DNA of 64,000 nucleotides, from contig JAQGDQ010000367.1 in assembly GCA_030141605.1 (NCBI GenBank), forward strand, positions 62,001 through 126,000, written 5' to 3'. Under the pieces are notes generated by a model that saw only the letters and a program-made list of their open reading frames with translations, made no database searches and was not told the origin of the DNA. This document shows, piece by piece, positions 36,560 to 49,690 of the stretch. The position numbers and the translations under genes were made by a program. The DNA comes from Tubiluchus corallicola. Its lineage: Eukaryota; Animalia; Priapulida. Position 1 is the first letter of the stretch, and each line of letters starts with the position of its first letter.

Positions 36560-38644
36560 TATTCGAATCCCTAATGTAATGAGTAATGTAATAGTCAATT
36601 TTGGCACTTAGATGTGCGATTTTTATTATTGTGCTTCAAAGATTAATTGTGATATTGCTATTATTTTTACTGAATACACTGAAGAGTATGACAGTTTGTA
36701 GAAAATTATTTTAATGTCTACTTGATTATGAATATTATGATTATTATTGATTTTTTATTGATTTTTGTGTTGTTGTCTAGTAAGTTTATGCAACATAAAG
36801 CTTGTATTTTATTATTATTAATATTATTTTTAATTCAACTATAATTGGAACCTAGTTTGAATAGCTATTATTATGAAAATTGAAATTTGAATGTTATCAG
36901 AATAAATATTTTGTTTCTTTATCAATTTGCTGTTATCAACAGAGAACTTAATTAGCGCTTAATTAGTTAATTATTACTGCTTGTCTTATGGGAAAGAGGT
37001 GAATCCTTTCATTCGAATACTTTCAGACATTTACATTCAGACCAATGAGTTCATGAAAATGAAATTTGGCACATAAATACATTAGAATTGGGAACAAATA
37101 CAACATGTTGATCAGTCATCGTTCCCTTAAAAAAATCTAGGTTACATTACTCAACACTAACATTTTTTTCTGCCCCTGCAGCATTTAAACTGTGATTACA
37201 ATATTTGCCTTTTTTGGTATGCCACAGTTTTTACTTTGCAAACTGGTGTAGGTTAGTTTGCAAAGTGTGTTTTAAAAAGGCAAAAGAATCGAAAATGGCA
37301 CGTCTGCTGAGCCCAAGTGTTGACTTCACGCTCAATGTTAAATTTGTGTAGTGATATTTCGCTGAAAATAACGAAATTGGTAGCTAGGATTTGTTCAGCA
37401 TAACACTGCGTGATTTTTTTTATTGATTGGTGCAAAATCAATGTCAAAATGTGAAGGTGACTGTAGAAGACTCCTCATTGTGTCGTCAAACTAAAAAAGT
37501 TCGACATGCTAATCACCTTCAGTTTCTGTCCATTCATAAATCTTAGCAGCTTAAGGCAACGGTTACGCTAGTGACAAACGTACCCGTTGCGAAATAGCGA
37601 AATAGAGAGTTCACTTTTAGTGATTGCACAGTGCGGTAATTATTAGTTTTTAAGATTTTAAATTTAATTACAATGACAGTGTATTCATGTACGTACAGAA
37701 CAATATGTAACACAAAATGTATAAACCATCAGCATATGTAGACACATCAAGTCAACGCTATAAGAAAACTTATGCAGTGTTAATTTTATAAATGGCATGA
37801 AGAACGCAGAAAGAAAAGAATGATGATGAAAACAGAAAACGAGAAGATGGATGGAAATTTTAATTTTCAAAATTTAGATGCTGTCAAAGTGGGGTTGGCA
37901 TGTTAAAGCCAAGAATGACCGAATCTTAACATCGAAAAAAGAAAAAACACAGACATGCAGGATAGGTGCCGATTATGTCTGCACACACATCACTCAACAA
38001 CAATGCTAATTTAAAATTTAATATTTGATAAAAACGATAAGTGATATAACACTAATAATGTTTAATTACTGGCATTAGCACCGCGATATAATCCTTATTG
38101 CACAAGTAATACACATTTACAGGTATAATAAAATACATGAAAATATTGCATGTATAACCAGTCAAAGACTGCTGTAGGCAGTAGTGAACAAAAGTTAATC
38201 TTTTTAAAAAGCGAGTAAAAGAGATAAAAAGTGAATAAAATTGGGATAACGTAAAATTAAAATTGAATTACAAAATATAACTTCATAAAATTCACATCGA
38301 CAACGCATACGCACAAAACGTTTAAAAATGACTTTAACATAGTTATGTGTTTTTACAGTGAGTCTTTTTAAATTTGATTATTTGGTAGAATTTCAATTAT
38401 ACTGCTGGTAATATATAGACACAAGTTTTTTTTGTTAAATAACGCAGAAATCAAAATAACTTCGTTCATTTTACGAAAAAATTTTGACTGTTATTGTCCT
38501 CTACTCAATTAGCATTATAGTTTCAAATGCGACGACAACTGAATGTCGCGATGAGACGATTCAACGCAAATGAAATGTCACTTTGCAAGATCAAGGTTTC
38601 GGAAGTTGCCTCAGAGAAAACACTAGGAATAACCATTGAAATGT

Positions 38645-38863
38645 CACTTGAACTTGACAGTTTGGGTTATAGGGCCAACGTAAGAGTGCACCTAAGTCAA
38701 GGTAAACCGTTTGCGTATCGCTTGAACTTGACAGCTTGGGTTATAGGGTCAACCTAAGAGTGTACCTAAGTCAAGGTAAACCGTTTGCGTATCGCTTGAA
38801 CTTGACAGTTTGAGTTATAGGGTCAACCTATTAGTGTACCTAAGTCAAGGTAAACCGTTTGTG
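38645..38863 (+). promoter_or_regulatory. Three tandem 74-bp promoter repeats just upstream of the TATA-like box of protease A
   Basis: Units start at 38645, 38719 and 38793. TATATATTA at 38880 and ATG at 38984. A single related copy lies upstream of protease B (~53040-53105). Confidence 0.75.
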
Positions 38864-38983
38864 TCACCAGCATACAAGGTATATATTAGGACGGTTATCC
38901 TGTCAGTGGTACCATATCGCTCACAGCGCTCGAAAACGCTGAGATTACAGTTTTTGTGCTTTCTATTGCTCAGTATTTTTATA

Positions 38984-39201
38984 ATGAAAATCTACGTTTT
39001 AGTCGTCTTTGCGGTTGCTTTTCTGGCAATCATAGAAAACGCACAAGGGCGAGGAAAACGACGGAACCGCCCTAAATCACCAAAGAATTTTGACGAATTC
39101 AGACAGAAAATGGGTAAGTAAATGATTCTACTATACTACATCTGCTTTATAAATTCTGGAATTTTTGTTTTTACGGTAAATGGTAAATTTTTTGTTCCCC
39201 C

Positions 39202-39265
<64 letters not shown>

Positions 39266-42200
39266 TCCTTTTTCTCGCACGTGCCACAGAAACTGTGCTA
39301 GTAACGGAGTTGATTCTTAATAATAGAGTAAAAATTCCGTAAGCCGTTTTAGTAAGTGTTCCGAGTGCCTGTCTAACCGCTAACTGCAGTACTACGCTTT
39401 ACACATTGAAATATACTTTTGACTATCCATTCACGTTTTGCATAGGTGCCGTATATATGAGGTGTAATTTTTATTCCGCCTAAGTTCGCTTTACAGTAAT
39501 GAGTAAATCTAATTAGAGATTTAAATAATTAAAGTAAAAAACTGCAGTTGTTCTAGGCGAAAACTGGCTTCAGTCGCAGCAAATCATAAACGTTGTACTT
39601 TCGGCGTAACTCACTGATGCAAACACGAAACTTGCAAATCGCTTAAATGCTTATTATAAAAGTTAAAGGTTCCCGCTTCTCTGATGCTTTTACAGGGCGG
39701 AAGTACAAAAGTCGGGAAGTAGGAGAACGGCGCGCCATCTTCGAAAGAAACAAAGCCAATTGCGATGCCCAGAATGACAGATATGTAGCAAAACAATCTA
39801 AATGGGCCTGCAAGCTCAATGACTTTGCCGATAGAGTAAGTAGTACTACAACTATACAAAAAAACTTTTAGCGCTTGGTTGACTGGGTGCAACAACTTCG
39901 CTAAGAAGGATGAAAAGTCCTCCCCCGTAATTCCTTTTTAATTTATGAAAACTAATAAACTTTCGTAAACGCTTCGTGATGATTCGCAAGAACGCTTGAT
40001 AAATGGTCAATAAACAGGAATCTTTGCTTCATGGGGAAAAACGAAAAAGAGGAGAAAGAAAAACCGTATGATATGTGACCGGAAAACAAACCACTTTATC
40101 GCAGTGTCTAGGAGACACCTGGTATGTGATGCCATATATGATATATCCCAACATTTTTATGTCATGTTTCTTAGAATGAAGAAGAATTGAAAGCTCATTT
40201 AGGTTTGGATCCAAGTAAAGAAACTTCCAAAGTGAGAGGACGAAGACAACGCAGGTAGTAATATATAGACACATATTTTTTTAGATTTAATATTTTATTT
40301 CAAACTTCACAAAGTTCATATACACATCACAAATTAATACAAATAATACAATGAATCATGACACACAACAATAACACAAATAACAATTAACAATATAACA
40401 AACTACGCCAATGACGTCTGATTACAGAAGTACAGTTTGCATCACTGTTTAAAATGTTCTTGCATATAAAATTTTCACTCTTATTCAGCCTGACGTATAA
40501 ACTGTATGCACATTTTCTGTGAATCACATCAAAATAAATAATATTAAGTCTAGTAGAAATATATCTGGCGCTCGTATCATATGAAAAGTTAAACAGCTTC
40601 CGTGTTGATACATTATATGCAACCTTGAGTTTGCTAAGATTGTAAGAATAAAAATGTCTCCAAGTGGACATACGCACACACGCACACACATTTATATAAA
40701 CTAGAATTTCAAAAACACGAATATTTTTAAACGAACTTTTGTTGTTCAATAATCGCGGTCTAATTATCGGTTGTTTTATTTGGGTTGCTCCGCTTAGGAT
40801 GTAACTCTTATAAACAGATGTTTATCGCCGTGGCGCCGGTCTTGCATTCGTTCTCATTCTCATTCGTGTAATACAGAAATGTGACAGTTATCTCATCAGT
40901 TGTACAAAATTTTTTACGCAATTTTTAATTTTATAACAACCGTAAATGCGATTTCGGGAACAGTAAGCAAAGGTTGTGATTTTCGCGAGTGCTTATTTTA
41001 TTTCAGGAGCAAAAAGCAAAAAGCTTCGCGCATTATTGATACTCAGTAGGTGCGTTTGTCATTTCACGCATTTTCAACATTGTGCAAAATATTTTTATTA
41101 CTGCTGTTTGGTGTGGGTAGTTTTATGTGATGTAGGTGGTGTGGGACGCTTCTTAATATTATGACGTCACAATATTGCAGAAAAATTGTTGAACGGCTTC
41201 AAAGAATCGACGAAAGGGGATCTTTCGAAACAGCATGTTACTAAAGTTCGTACATTTTGCAAATGCCTTTGAGCAAAACATGCATGCGTGCGCGCGTGTG
41301 TGCGCGTCCGTAAATCGGTTTTTAAAGCAGCTAAGAAGTTGAAAATTTGGCTCGAACCTGACTAGAATCGGGACAAAAGACTCAGTAAGCAAACAGTCCA
41401 GTGCTGCGCATCCCAGAGTAGTTTAATTTAAACTTTTTTTGAACGTCAGTTGTTAGGAATTTCAACCTTTAATCATTTCGCTATATTAATCCTTTCATAC
41501 CCGTTGTATCCCGTGGGATACGAGAATATTTTCTGCCTTTAAAATTAATAAAATTTTAAAACTGACATTTATTTGATCTGTTAATAGTTATTTTGATTTA
41601 AACCAATAACAATAGACTAAAAATAGTGATAAAATGGCAAACTAGAAAATCTACATGGCATAAAAAAACTGCGCAAGGTACAGTACTTTAGAGACGACTT
41701 TGTAAAGATCAGTATAGCATGCATACTAAATGTCTTAAATACTTTAAAAAATTATCAGCTGTTGCAAAATGACGCACATTTTTTGCTTTTGTTGTGTTTT
41801 TAAAAAAGTCGGGACTGAAAGGGTTAACTCTAAACCCCAATGATGATTGATAAACGTTGTAACATGGCAAAATGTTAAAATTAATATTAAGAACAGTGGT
41901 TCATATAGTAACCATAATCTTACGTACATAGTAGAATGCGCAATAGGTCCGAAATTGTGGCGTTAGTTTTAATGTTTCGCATTTTTTAGAAATAAAAACT
42001 CCAAACCACCACCTAGAACTGGGGGAAGAGGCAGACGTTCAAAAAGACAAACAGCAGTATCGAACTGGATCACTAATGGTCAATATGGACACTGCGCCCC
42101 TGACGTCGGAAATCAGGTATGAAACACATTTTTTAACTAGTCGTCTTAGAGAACACATTTCTAATGATGGAGATGGTGGTTTCAGTGTTTGTGATTCTTA

Positions 42201-45200
42201 TTAATTTTAACAAATCATTTTGAATTTTTTATAACTGTTTTTTTGTTTGTTTGTTTGTTTTAGGGTTCGTGTGGAAGCTGTTACATGTGGGCTGCGGTGA
42301 GAATTGTTGATATTTTCAAATTTCGACCTCCGTAACTTCATTTTATCTCTTTCATTTAAACAATGTAAATTTTGTTTTAATTTCGACCGGTTTGAAAACA
42401 TGTTCAGGTTCAGCATTTGGGGCAGCGAATAAAAATGAAGTTGCTTCTATATCGACATTCATGCTAATTTGACAGGATTTATAAATCTGCTTTCTTAAAT
42501 GAGGACGAATTTTAGTCGAAGGAAGAATTCCAAGAACTGGGAACTCCAGGGTGGAAGTATACATGACACAAATTTCTTGTATAGGTGACAAGACTGATGG
42601 TAGTAACGATGTTTTATTTTGTATTATTAGCTGAAAATCCTACAACAATGCGACTGCATTTATGGTCAAACATCTACCAAGCCTGATATTAGCTATCAAG
42701 ATCTGATTGACTGTGATCCTTACACCAATGGTAAGGTTGGTTATTTTCCCAGTTTATAATGTTATAGGCCAGCGTATTACACTATAAGGCAAAAAATGGG
42801 TTGAGAAGCCGCCTTTATTAAAACAAATAAAATTTATTAAACTTATACTGACTGACTCGCTGGCTGGCTGGCTGACCGACCAACCAACTGACTAATTGAT
42901 TAATGGCATTCGGAATTCGTTTATTATTAAATTATATATATATTTTATATATTAAATTACTTAACCTTTATGATCAATTTGTACAAATTTCAGTATTTAT
43001 GTGCATATAACTCAAAGCTTGCTCTCTTTTTTGCCTTTCATTGCACCTATAATTTTAATTTTCGCGTTGACACATTAACCTCCAATAGTGTTTTATTTTT
43101 TAAATTTTCAATGATTGATTATATGTTGACTGTTGTTTATGGAAAAATAAAGATGTTACTTTGTAACACCTTGCTGAATTTAATTTTCCAATGCCTCGCT
43201 CTTGCTCTGACGTCATCGTTTCAAAAATACAGTCAGAACGAGTTTTGAGGCTTTGTCGTTGGTCAAAACTAACTTTTACTCTTATTTTTAGGCTGCAGTG
43301 GTGGTTTTTACAGCACAGTATGGACGTCAGTCTACCGTCGTGGAGATGACTTACTACGAACATCTGATTACGCTTACGTCGCCAGCGAGGTAAGATTTGG
43401 ATCAATGCTTTAATCAAAGATAACTGAAATACTAAAATACAAACTACATTAGATAACAGGTGCAGTGGGCAGGTAAACAGCATGGAACAGTAATTACAAA
43501 ATAATCAAATGAATGTACCATTTTTTGAGAAATAATAAGCAAAACTTATTTTTTATTTTAGACCTTTCAAAATGGTGACCAAGAAAGTTGGGGTTAAATC
43601 AAAGAGTTGTAATGTTACGTATAATAACTACACGTACAGTAAATACTATGCATTGTAAGGAATATGTTGTTTAGCCGAGAAACCCAAATGACGCCCAATA
43701 AAAATGTGGAATTTGTCAAATGCCACAGTTATGTCTATACATAGACAATGGGCAGACAGGATTCCTATGCATTATGTCCGTTTTCAAGATAAGTAAGTAG
43801 TAGACACTGCTACATCATGAAATTTCATCAATTTTCTGATAGGAAATAATTACATTATTCGGCTATTTATTATGAATATTTACTATGTGATAAAACATTT
43901 TATTATGATCGTAATTAATGTAAAAATTTATATTTAGCAAAGCTGCAAAAAATCTCAGTATGATCTTTCAACTTTCACATACACGATCGACCAACACTGG
44001 TACGAAAGTGGTAAGTTTTAACTAAACTGTATTGTATTGTATTGTATTGTATTGTATTGTATTGTATTGTATTGTATTGTATTGTATTGTATTGTATTGT
44101 ATTGTATTGTATTGTATTGTATTGTTTGTTTGTTTGTTTGTATTGTATTGTATTGTATTGTATTGTGTTGTATTGTATTGTATTGTATTGTATTGTATTG
44201 TATTGTATTGTATTGTATTGTATTGTATTGTATTGTATTGTATTGTATTGTATTGTATTGTATTGTATTGTATTGTATTGTATTGTATTGTATTGTATTG
44301 TATTGTATTGTATTGTATTGTATTGTATTGTATTGTATTGTATTGTATTGTATTGTATTGTATTGTATTGTATAATATCATCAGCAGTCAATGAAGTGTA
44401 ATAAAAAAGGTAAAGTTCAAAATAAGGAGAAATCACAAGTCATTCCGAATCAAAATGACGTACATGCTTATACAACCAGAGAACGTAATAAATTTTACAT
44501 TCCTAAATTCAAAATTAATGTCGTAAAACACTCTATTAAATATCAAGGTGTTCTACTGTGGAACAATCTTCCTAATAAAGTAACAAAAGCAAATTCTGTA
44601 TGTATTTACAGAAAATGAATGCGGCTACATTTAACTTCGGCGTAATGTTCCTGTTTTTACACATGCATGCGTAAATGCATTAGTACAATAATAAGTTTTT
44701 TACGAGGTAAAGAATTTTTTAAATTACTACTTATGTTTTGTACAAATTTACTCTTTTAATCGGCTTGCCGACTTTTACTGTCATTTACTGCCTTTAAATT
44801 ATGATAATTAATAGACAGATGAAATGTTGGATGGAATAAAGTCCTTATTCCACTTTTAATAATTTCATAATTTTAATATAAGGTAAAATACGCATTATAT
44901 TACGTAATGTGTCTGTTTGTGAATGTGGAAATAAACTTATAAATAAACTTCTAAAATGTCTTTACAACTGGCCAAAACTTTCCCGCTTTCGCTTAGAAGA
45001 AGAAATTCCACGGTAGTTAGAAGAAAACTGACGAACACGTGTGTTTATAGTAGCGTCCATTTTTGTATATGTAGTTACAATATGCGACTTGCATACTTTG
45101 GCTTTTTCTTGTTGATCTTAAACTGTGGCTGCTTTCTCTCTATTGTTAATTATGTCCAGTGTTGCATACCAGTGTCGTTAGCTTAAAAGGCCACCTGATC

Positions 45201-47669
45201 TCTCCTTTATCGAGATCTTCATACAAGATGCCACCAGCAACAGAAGATCTGTTTTGGCAGGCAGCCGTTACTTTGTCTAACCATTGACTTTTTTCCAAAT
45301 TAGCTAAGCAAGAAGTCAAAACTGCAAAAGCAAAAGTACAGCTGTGCATAGTGCGAGTGTTATGACTTAAGACAAGTGAAAACTACCAGAATTCTGCATC
45401 TCGTTTCCAGGTCTCTTTGTTTTACTGTTATTAATGACTGTACAATACCGTTCAACAACAATACTTGCCACTGTAAGGAGATGTTGATGTTCAGTCCCCA
45501 GTTTTCTTCTGTGCTCAAAAATACGATTCCTGTGATTCCGATTGCTGCATAGCTCACATTTACTTGTTCATTACTATACTGTTATCATGGTCGTTCGGCT
45601 ATTAGTAAGACGCGCGTGCTGTGCCTATTTATTTTTTAAATTAATCGAGTACCTTCTCTTGCTAATCAAGTACCATTCCCGTGACTAAGCCCGTTTTGCC
45701 CAAAAACTTGAAGGCAGTTTAATAATTAAAGGTAAGTAAATTATTCACTAAACTAATTCATATATTTTTACCGTAGGCGAAAATGGAATTATGTCAAACC
45801 TTGCATACGGCTGTGTTGCCGTCGCCGTGGATGCAAATTATCAATGGTTTTCCTATGATTCAGGTTCGTAATAGCCAAGAATAATGTGTAGCAAGTTGCA
45901 AAGCATGCGCGACAGCTATAGGTGTACCTACTTCTGATATACCTATATCCATCTTCATGTGGGTAAAAGAGTTGAATTGGGCAGACCCCCATAAGAAAGG
46001 AATGTTGGGAAATACACTACATACATCTACACCAGGTTTAGTTTTAAAACTGCTACACTAGGTTTAGTTTTAAAACTGTGTACCTTTATGTGATATATAT
46101 ATATATGTATATATATGTATATATATATATATATATATGTGGGCCTAAATAAAAAGGCATAATTCAGTTTCTTGTTAATGCGCAAACTCCTCACCAACAA
46201 TGACTTAAAGCGTCTTTAACGTTGGTTGACAGTTCGGTAGTGGTTAAGGAGGACCGGATTAAGACCCCAAGAGACCCTAAACACTGAAAAGATGGTACTC
46301 CATATATGTGTAATTCGGAATAGAAACAATACTAAATTGTAAAATGAAATTTTACATATATATGAAACGAAAAAAACTTACAGTAAGATTTATTTACAGT
46401 AAATGCTAGGCTTTCTCTTTACATTGCTTAAAAGTGGTCTTAGACTGAAAATACAGAGACCGCTCTAAATCCTATAAAGGGACAGACATTCCGGGGTATT
46501 TTACTTTTGGGTAATTCTTCGATTTAAACAAAACTGGGGCCCTCTTCCCCTGAGGCCCCAAACCCTATTTTCCTTAATGTTTAATGCAGGGCTGTCGTTA
46601 AGTTATCTAATAGCAACAGTACGAATAAGAGACATAACGGCATAATAAACCGTGCACTGTTCAGAAAACTCTGAAGCACTTTAAAAATTTCTTGAAGAAT
46701 GTACAATTAGTATCATATTATGACAGGTGTCTTTGAATGCACCAATCCAAGTGGCGTAAATCATGCAGTTATTGTCTGTGGCCATGGCACTGAAGACGGA
46801 CAGGATTATTGGCTTGTTCAAAACAGGTAATATGCTTTGTGTACAATTGTGCTTACTCACTGTACTCACTGTACAAGGCCAGATACTCACTGTACATATA
46901 TTATAAGGCTCACCACTTTGTCAACCGCTAGTAGGCCTAAATGTTAACAGAGACGTTTATATTAGCAGTTAACAAGATTCTTATGACGCTAAACTGGCTT
47001 CATCAGGCTCAGTAAGCACAAAATGTGGATTGGTCAAACTTTTGCAAAACTTTCAAACATATAACTTTCAAGTTAAGTGGATCTGCAAGCATTGCAACAA
47101 CACATTAATGCGATGTGTAGGCTTTTAGGTAGTTGTTCGTGAAATATGGACGTGTACCTGGCAAGCAATGCACTTATAAATTTATATTCGTTAATCCAAA
47201 ATCAATTCAATTCAATTCAATTTCAATTTATTTATCTCTTTATAGTGTTACAATAAAACATGATTAATAAAAGAATCTCTAATAAATTTTGAAGAATGGT
47301 TAAAATGTATAGATAGATCTAGAACTAGAGGAAGGATAGCGAAAAGACTATAAAGTCACCTAGTCTGTTATCCTTTACCGAATATAGATAAAAAGATTTT
47401 TTTAGATTTTTAGATAAAATCGATTAAATAAACTGGAAAATCAGCGAACTGCCGAATGTAAATACAGCATAAATTAAAACTAGGACTGATTTGTATGACT
47501 AGGTCAGCTCAGCAATTTAAATTATAATTGTTATGTTTTTACATTGATATTTAGCTGGGGAACCGGCTGGGGTGAAGGTGGATACATGAAACTGCGACGA
47601 GGCGTAGGAGCTTGTAATGTCAACATATATGGAGGATATCAACCGTATAATTGTGGTGGTACATATTAA
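38984..47669 (+). CDS. Secreted papain-family (C1A) cysteine protease with an I29-like prodomain, paralog A
   Basis: 11 exons: 38984-39113, 39696-39835, 40175-40254, 41990-42116, 42264-42296, 42631-42730, 43292-43389, 43938-44010, 45777-45863, 46727-46826, 47555-47669. Signal peptide; ERxxIFxxN...N and LNDFAD prodomain motifs; NQGSCGSCY, ISYQDLIDC, GCSGG, NHAV and YWLVQNSWGTGWGEGGY. Confidence 0.93.
39200..39262. repeat. (CT)n microsatellite
   Basis: Direct reading. Confidence 0.95.
40275..40650 (-). mobile_element. 5'-truncated non-LTR retrotransposon 3' end
   Basis: The minus-strand frame ends ...YDTSARYI...FDVIHRK...RLNKSEN...SVIRRHWRSLLY, resembling LINE ORF2 C-termini, followed by a T/G-rich UTR and an AATAAA/A-rich tail. 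Confidence 0.5.
41490..41823. mobile_element. piggyBac-like MITE (334 bp)
   Basis: TTAA|TCCTTTCATACCCG ... CGGGACTGAAAGGG|TTAA. Confidence 0.75.
44028..44372. repeat. (TATTG)n pentanucleotide microsatellite
   Basis: Direct reading; source of the YCIVL and QYNTI ORFs. Confidence 0.98.
44430..44950 (+). mobile_element. CR1/L2-group LINE 3' fragment
   Basis: HAYTTRERNKFYIPKFK...SIKYQGVLLWNNLP is a typical ORF2 C-terminus; AATAAACTT-repeat tail near 44930-44950. Confidence 0.6.
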
Positions 47670-49084
47670 TCAGTTATCAAGAAACTTAGGTAATTCAATG
47701 ATTAAGATAATTGTTAAATTTATAGTTAAACGCTATACCTTTATACCATGTGTATATATTGGGTATGGTACCTAATCGATTTATTTATCAATGCAATTGG
47801 TAATCCAGAATTTTTTCTTATTTTGAACGTTGAATTTTGATTTTAATCATTGCATGAAATCGATAGCAACTGCATGTTTATTCTTCTTTCTACCGTTGTA
47901 TATTAAACTGTTTTCTGAAATAGTTTTATACCCAAAATTTTTTGATGATATATTGATAATTGTTATTTATTTTTTATTTTTTATTTGTAAATAAGAGATA
48001 GTTTGACCTGTACAACTGCAAATCCAGTTTATTGCTTCATTAATGTTATTTAGATTATTTTTGATTTTTGAGAGAAAATATCACGGTTTCAAAGTATTGT
48101 TGTAAAAATAATGATGGCATTAAATTGTTTCTTAAAAGTTATTATTTATATAAATAAAGAGATTAATGTATTAGTATTTCAATTATTTTTGCTTCATTTT
48201 GCGTTTTTGATTGACTATTGATCACATACAAACTGGAAATTTATTTTTATTTTTTACCAATAACAGCATTTTCAACTCAAGCTGCATTTTCTTTCCCATG
48301 GGTAGATACAGGTTTTAGAACAACGGTGGACCCAGCAGAAGAGCCGTTACGGGGGTGAGGGAGCAGTGTAAGCTCCACTCGGACAACAATACATTTTACT
48401 GCAGTTTAGACGACTTTTCTGCCTTTTAGAAGCCATTTCCTCAACTAGGCTCACTGGTTTAGAACAGTGGTCATCTCATCTTTTACTCGAAATTACATAC
48501 CAATATATTAATATACACGATATACCACATATGATCTACATAGCTTTCATCTGTTTTCTTGTAATACAGATACAAGGCACCTTTAGGATTCAGCAAATCG
48601 TTCTCATGCTTATAATTCAGAAAAAAATATTAATTTGGTGTGTTGTAACTGTGAAATGGAGGGCCGAAGCCCTCCTAAATCCGCCGCTGTTTCTCGTAAC
48701 ATAGAAACTGGTTACTTATTTATTAGATACCGCTTACGTATTAGTAACAGTAATAGCAATTGTAATGTAATAAAATTAATCGATAACGTAATAATAAGCT
48801 ACCGCATCATATAAGACCCCAAAATGTAATGCATAATGTAATAACGTGAAGTTTAACGCATATTGTAACGCCACAACAACGCTTAATGTGATGACTAGCA
48901 GAACTAATCTTACTTGATACAGTTTTCTTATATATAGTAAAGTAATTAAGTATAGTAAAGTTTTATTTTTTGGAATATGAAGGTGGTGAGCGTTATTAAG
49001 CCAGGATTTATCCAGAGAACATTTCGCCAATGCATCATTGCGCCAATCTATTATTTCGCCAGTTGATTTATTTCATTTCTTTTC

Positions 49085-49690
49085 ATATTTATTAGTGCCA
49101 AAAATACATACAACACAAGAAAAACCAAGACACACATACCATTTCAATTTTGAATATAGTGACACTGCAGACATACATAGTATTTTGTTCATCATGTATT
49201 AAAAACACTTTTTGATCAATAAATGCCTTAATTACTTCTAAATCATTACTTCTCATCAAGAATAAAAATTTATCAGCATCGCTCATAAGGAAAATATCTG
49301 GTATAATTACATTGATGTGATCGTATAATTTTCTCTAAGATCATTGTAATATGGGTATTTTATAACAAAGTGTAATTCGTCTTCGATTTCATTTCTTAAA
49401 CAGCATGAGCATATACGATTCTCAGCCGGGATTTTTCTAGGTTTAACGTATCTCTTCCCTCTTTCAATACACAAAGTATGAGAGCTGATTTTCAGTTTTG
49501 TAAATTTTGTTATAGCATATTTGGAATAATCTGAAAGTAAATAGTTTTCTAGTTGATATTGTTTTTTGAAGGTTCGACACGTTCACAGTTTGTTTTGGCC
49601 ATCAGGTTTGTCTTCATTATGGATTTCTTCTTTCCAAAATAGGGTATAATCTGTTTTTATTTTTCTTCTAATTTATTAAGTCGTTTAGGT
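49085..49690 (-). mobile_element. Non-LTR retrotransposon ORF2 3' fragment with a degenerate CCHC knuckle
   Basis: Minus-strand translation KLKISSHTLCIERGKRY...ENRICSCCLRNEIEDELHFVIKYPYYNDLREKL, with a disrupted KL*TC..FK..Y..ENYL upstream. Confidence 0.75.

Noticed and set aside
38645-38863. CRISPR-like array
   Set aside because: Head-to-tail 74-bp units without unique spacers, in eukaryotic DNA with no cas genes.
42264-42296. Silicatein or catalytically dead cathepsin
   Set aside because: The nucleophile is Cys (TGT/TGC), not Ser, in both paralogs, and His, Asn and the oxyanion Gln are intact.
43975-44436. YCIVL and QYNTI repeat ORFs (also the poly-Ile part of the ORF at 60001-60477)
   Set aside because: Translations of (TATTG)n and (AAT)n microsatellites. 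Only 60320-60403 of the latter ORF is a real exon.
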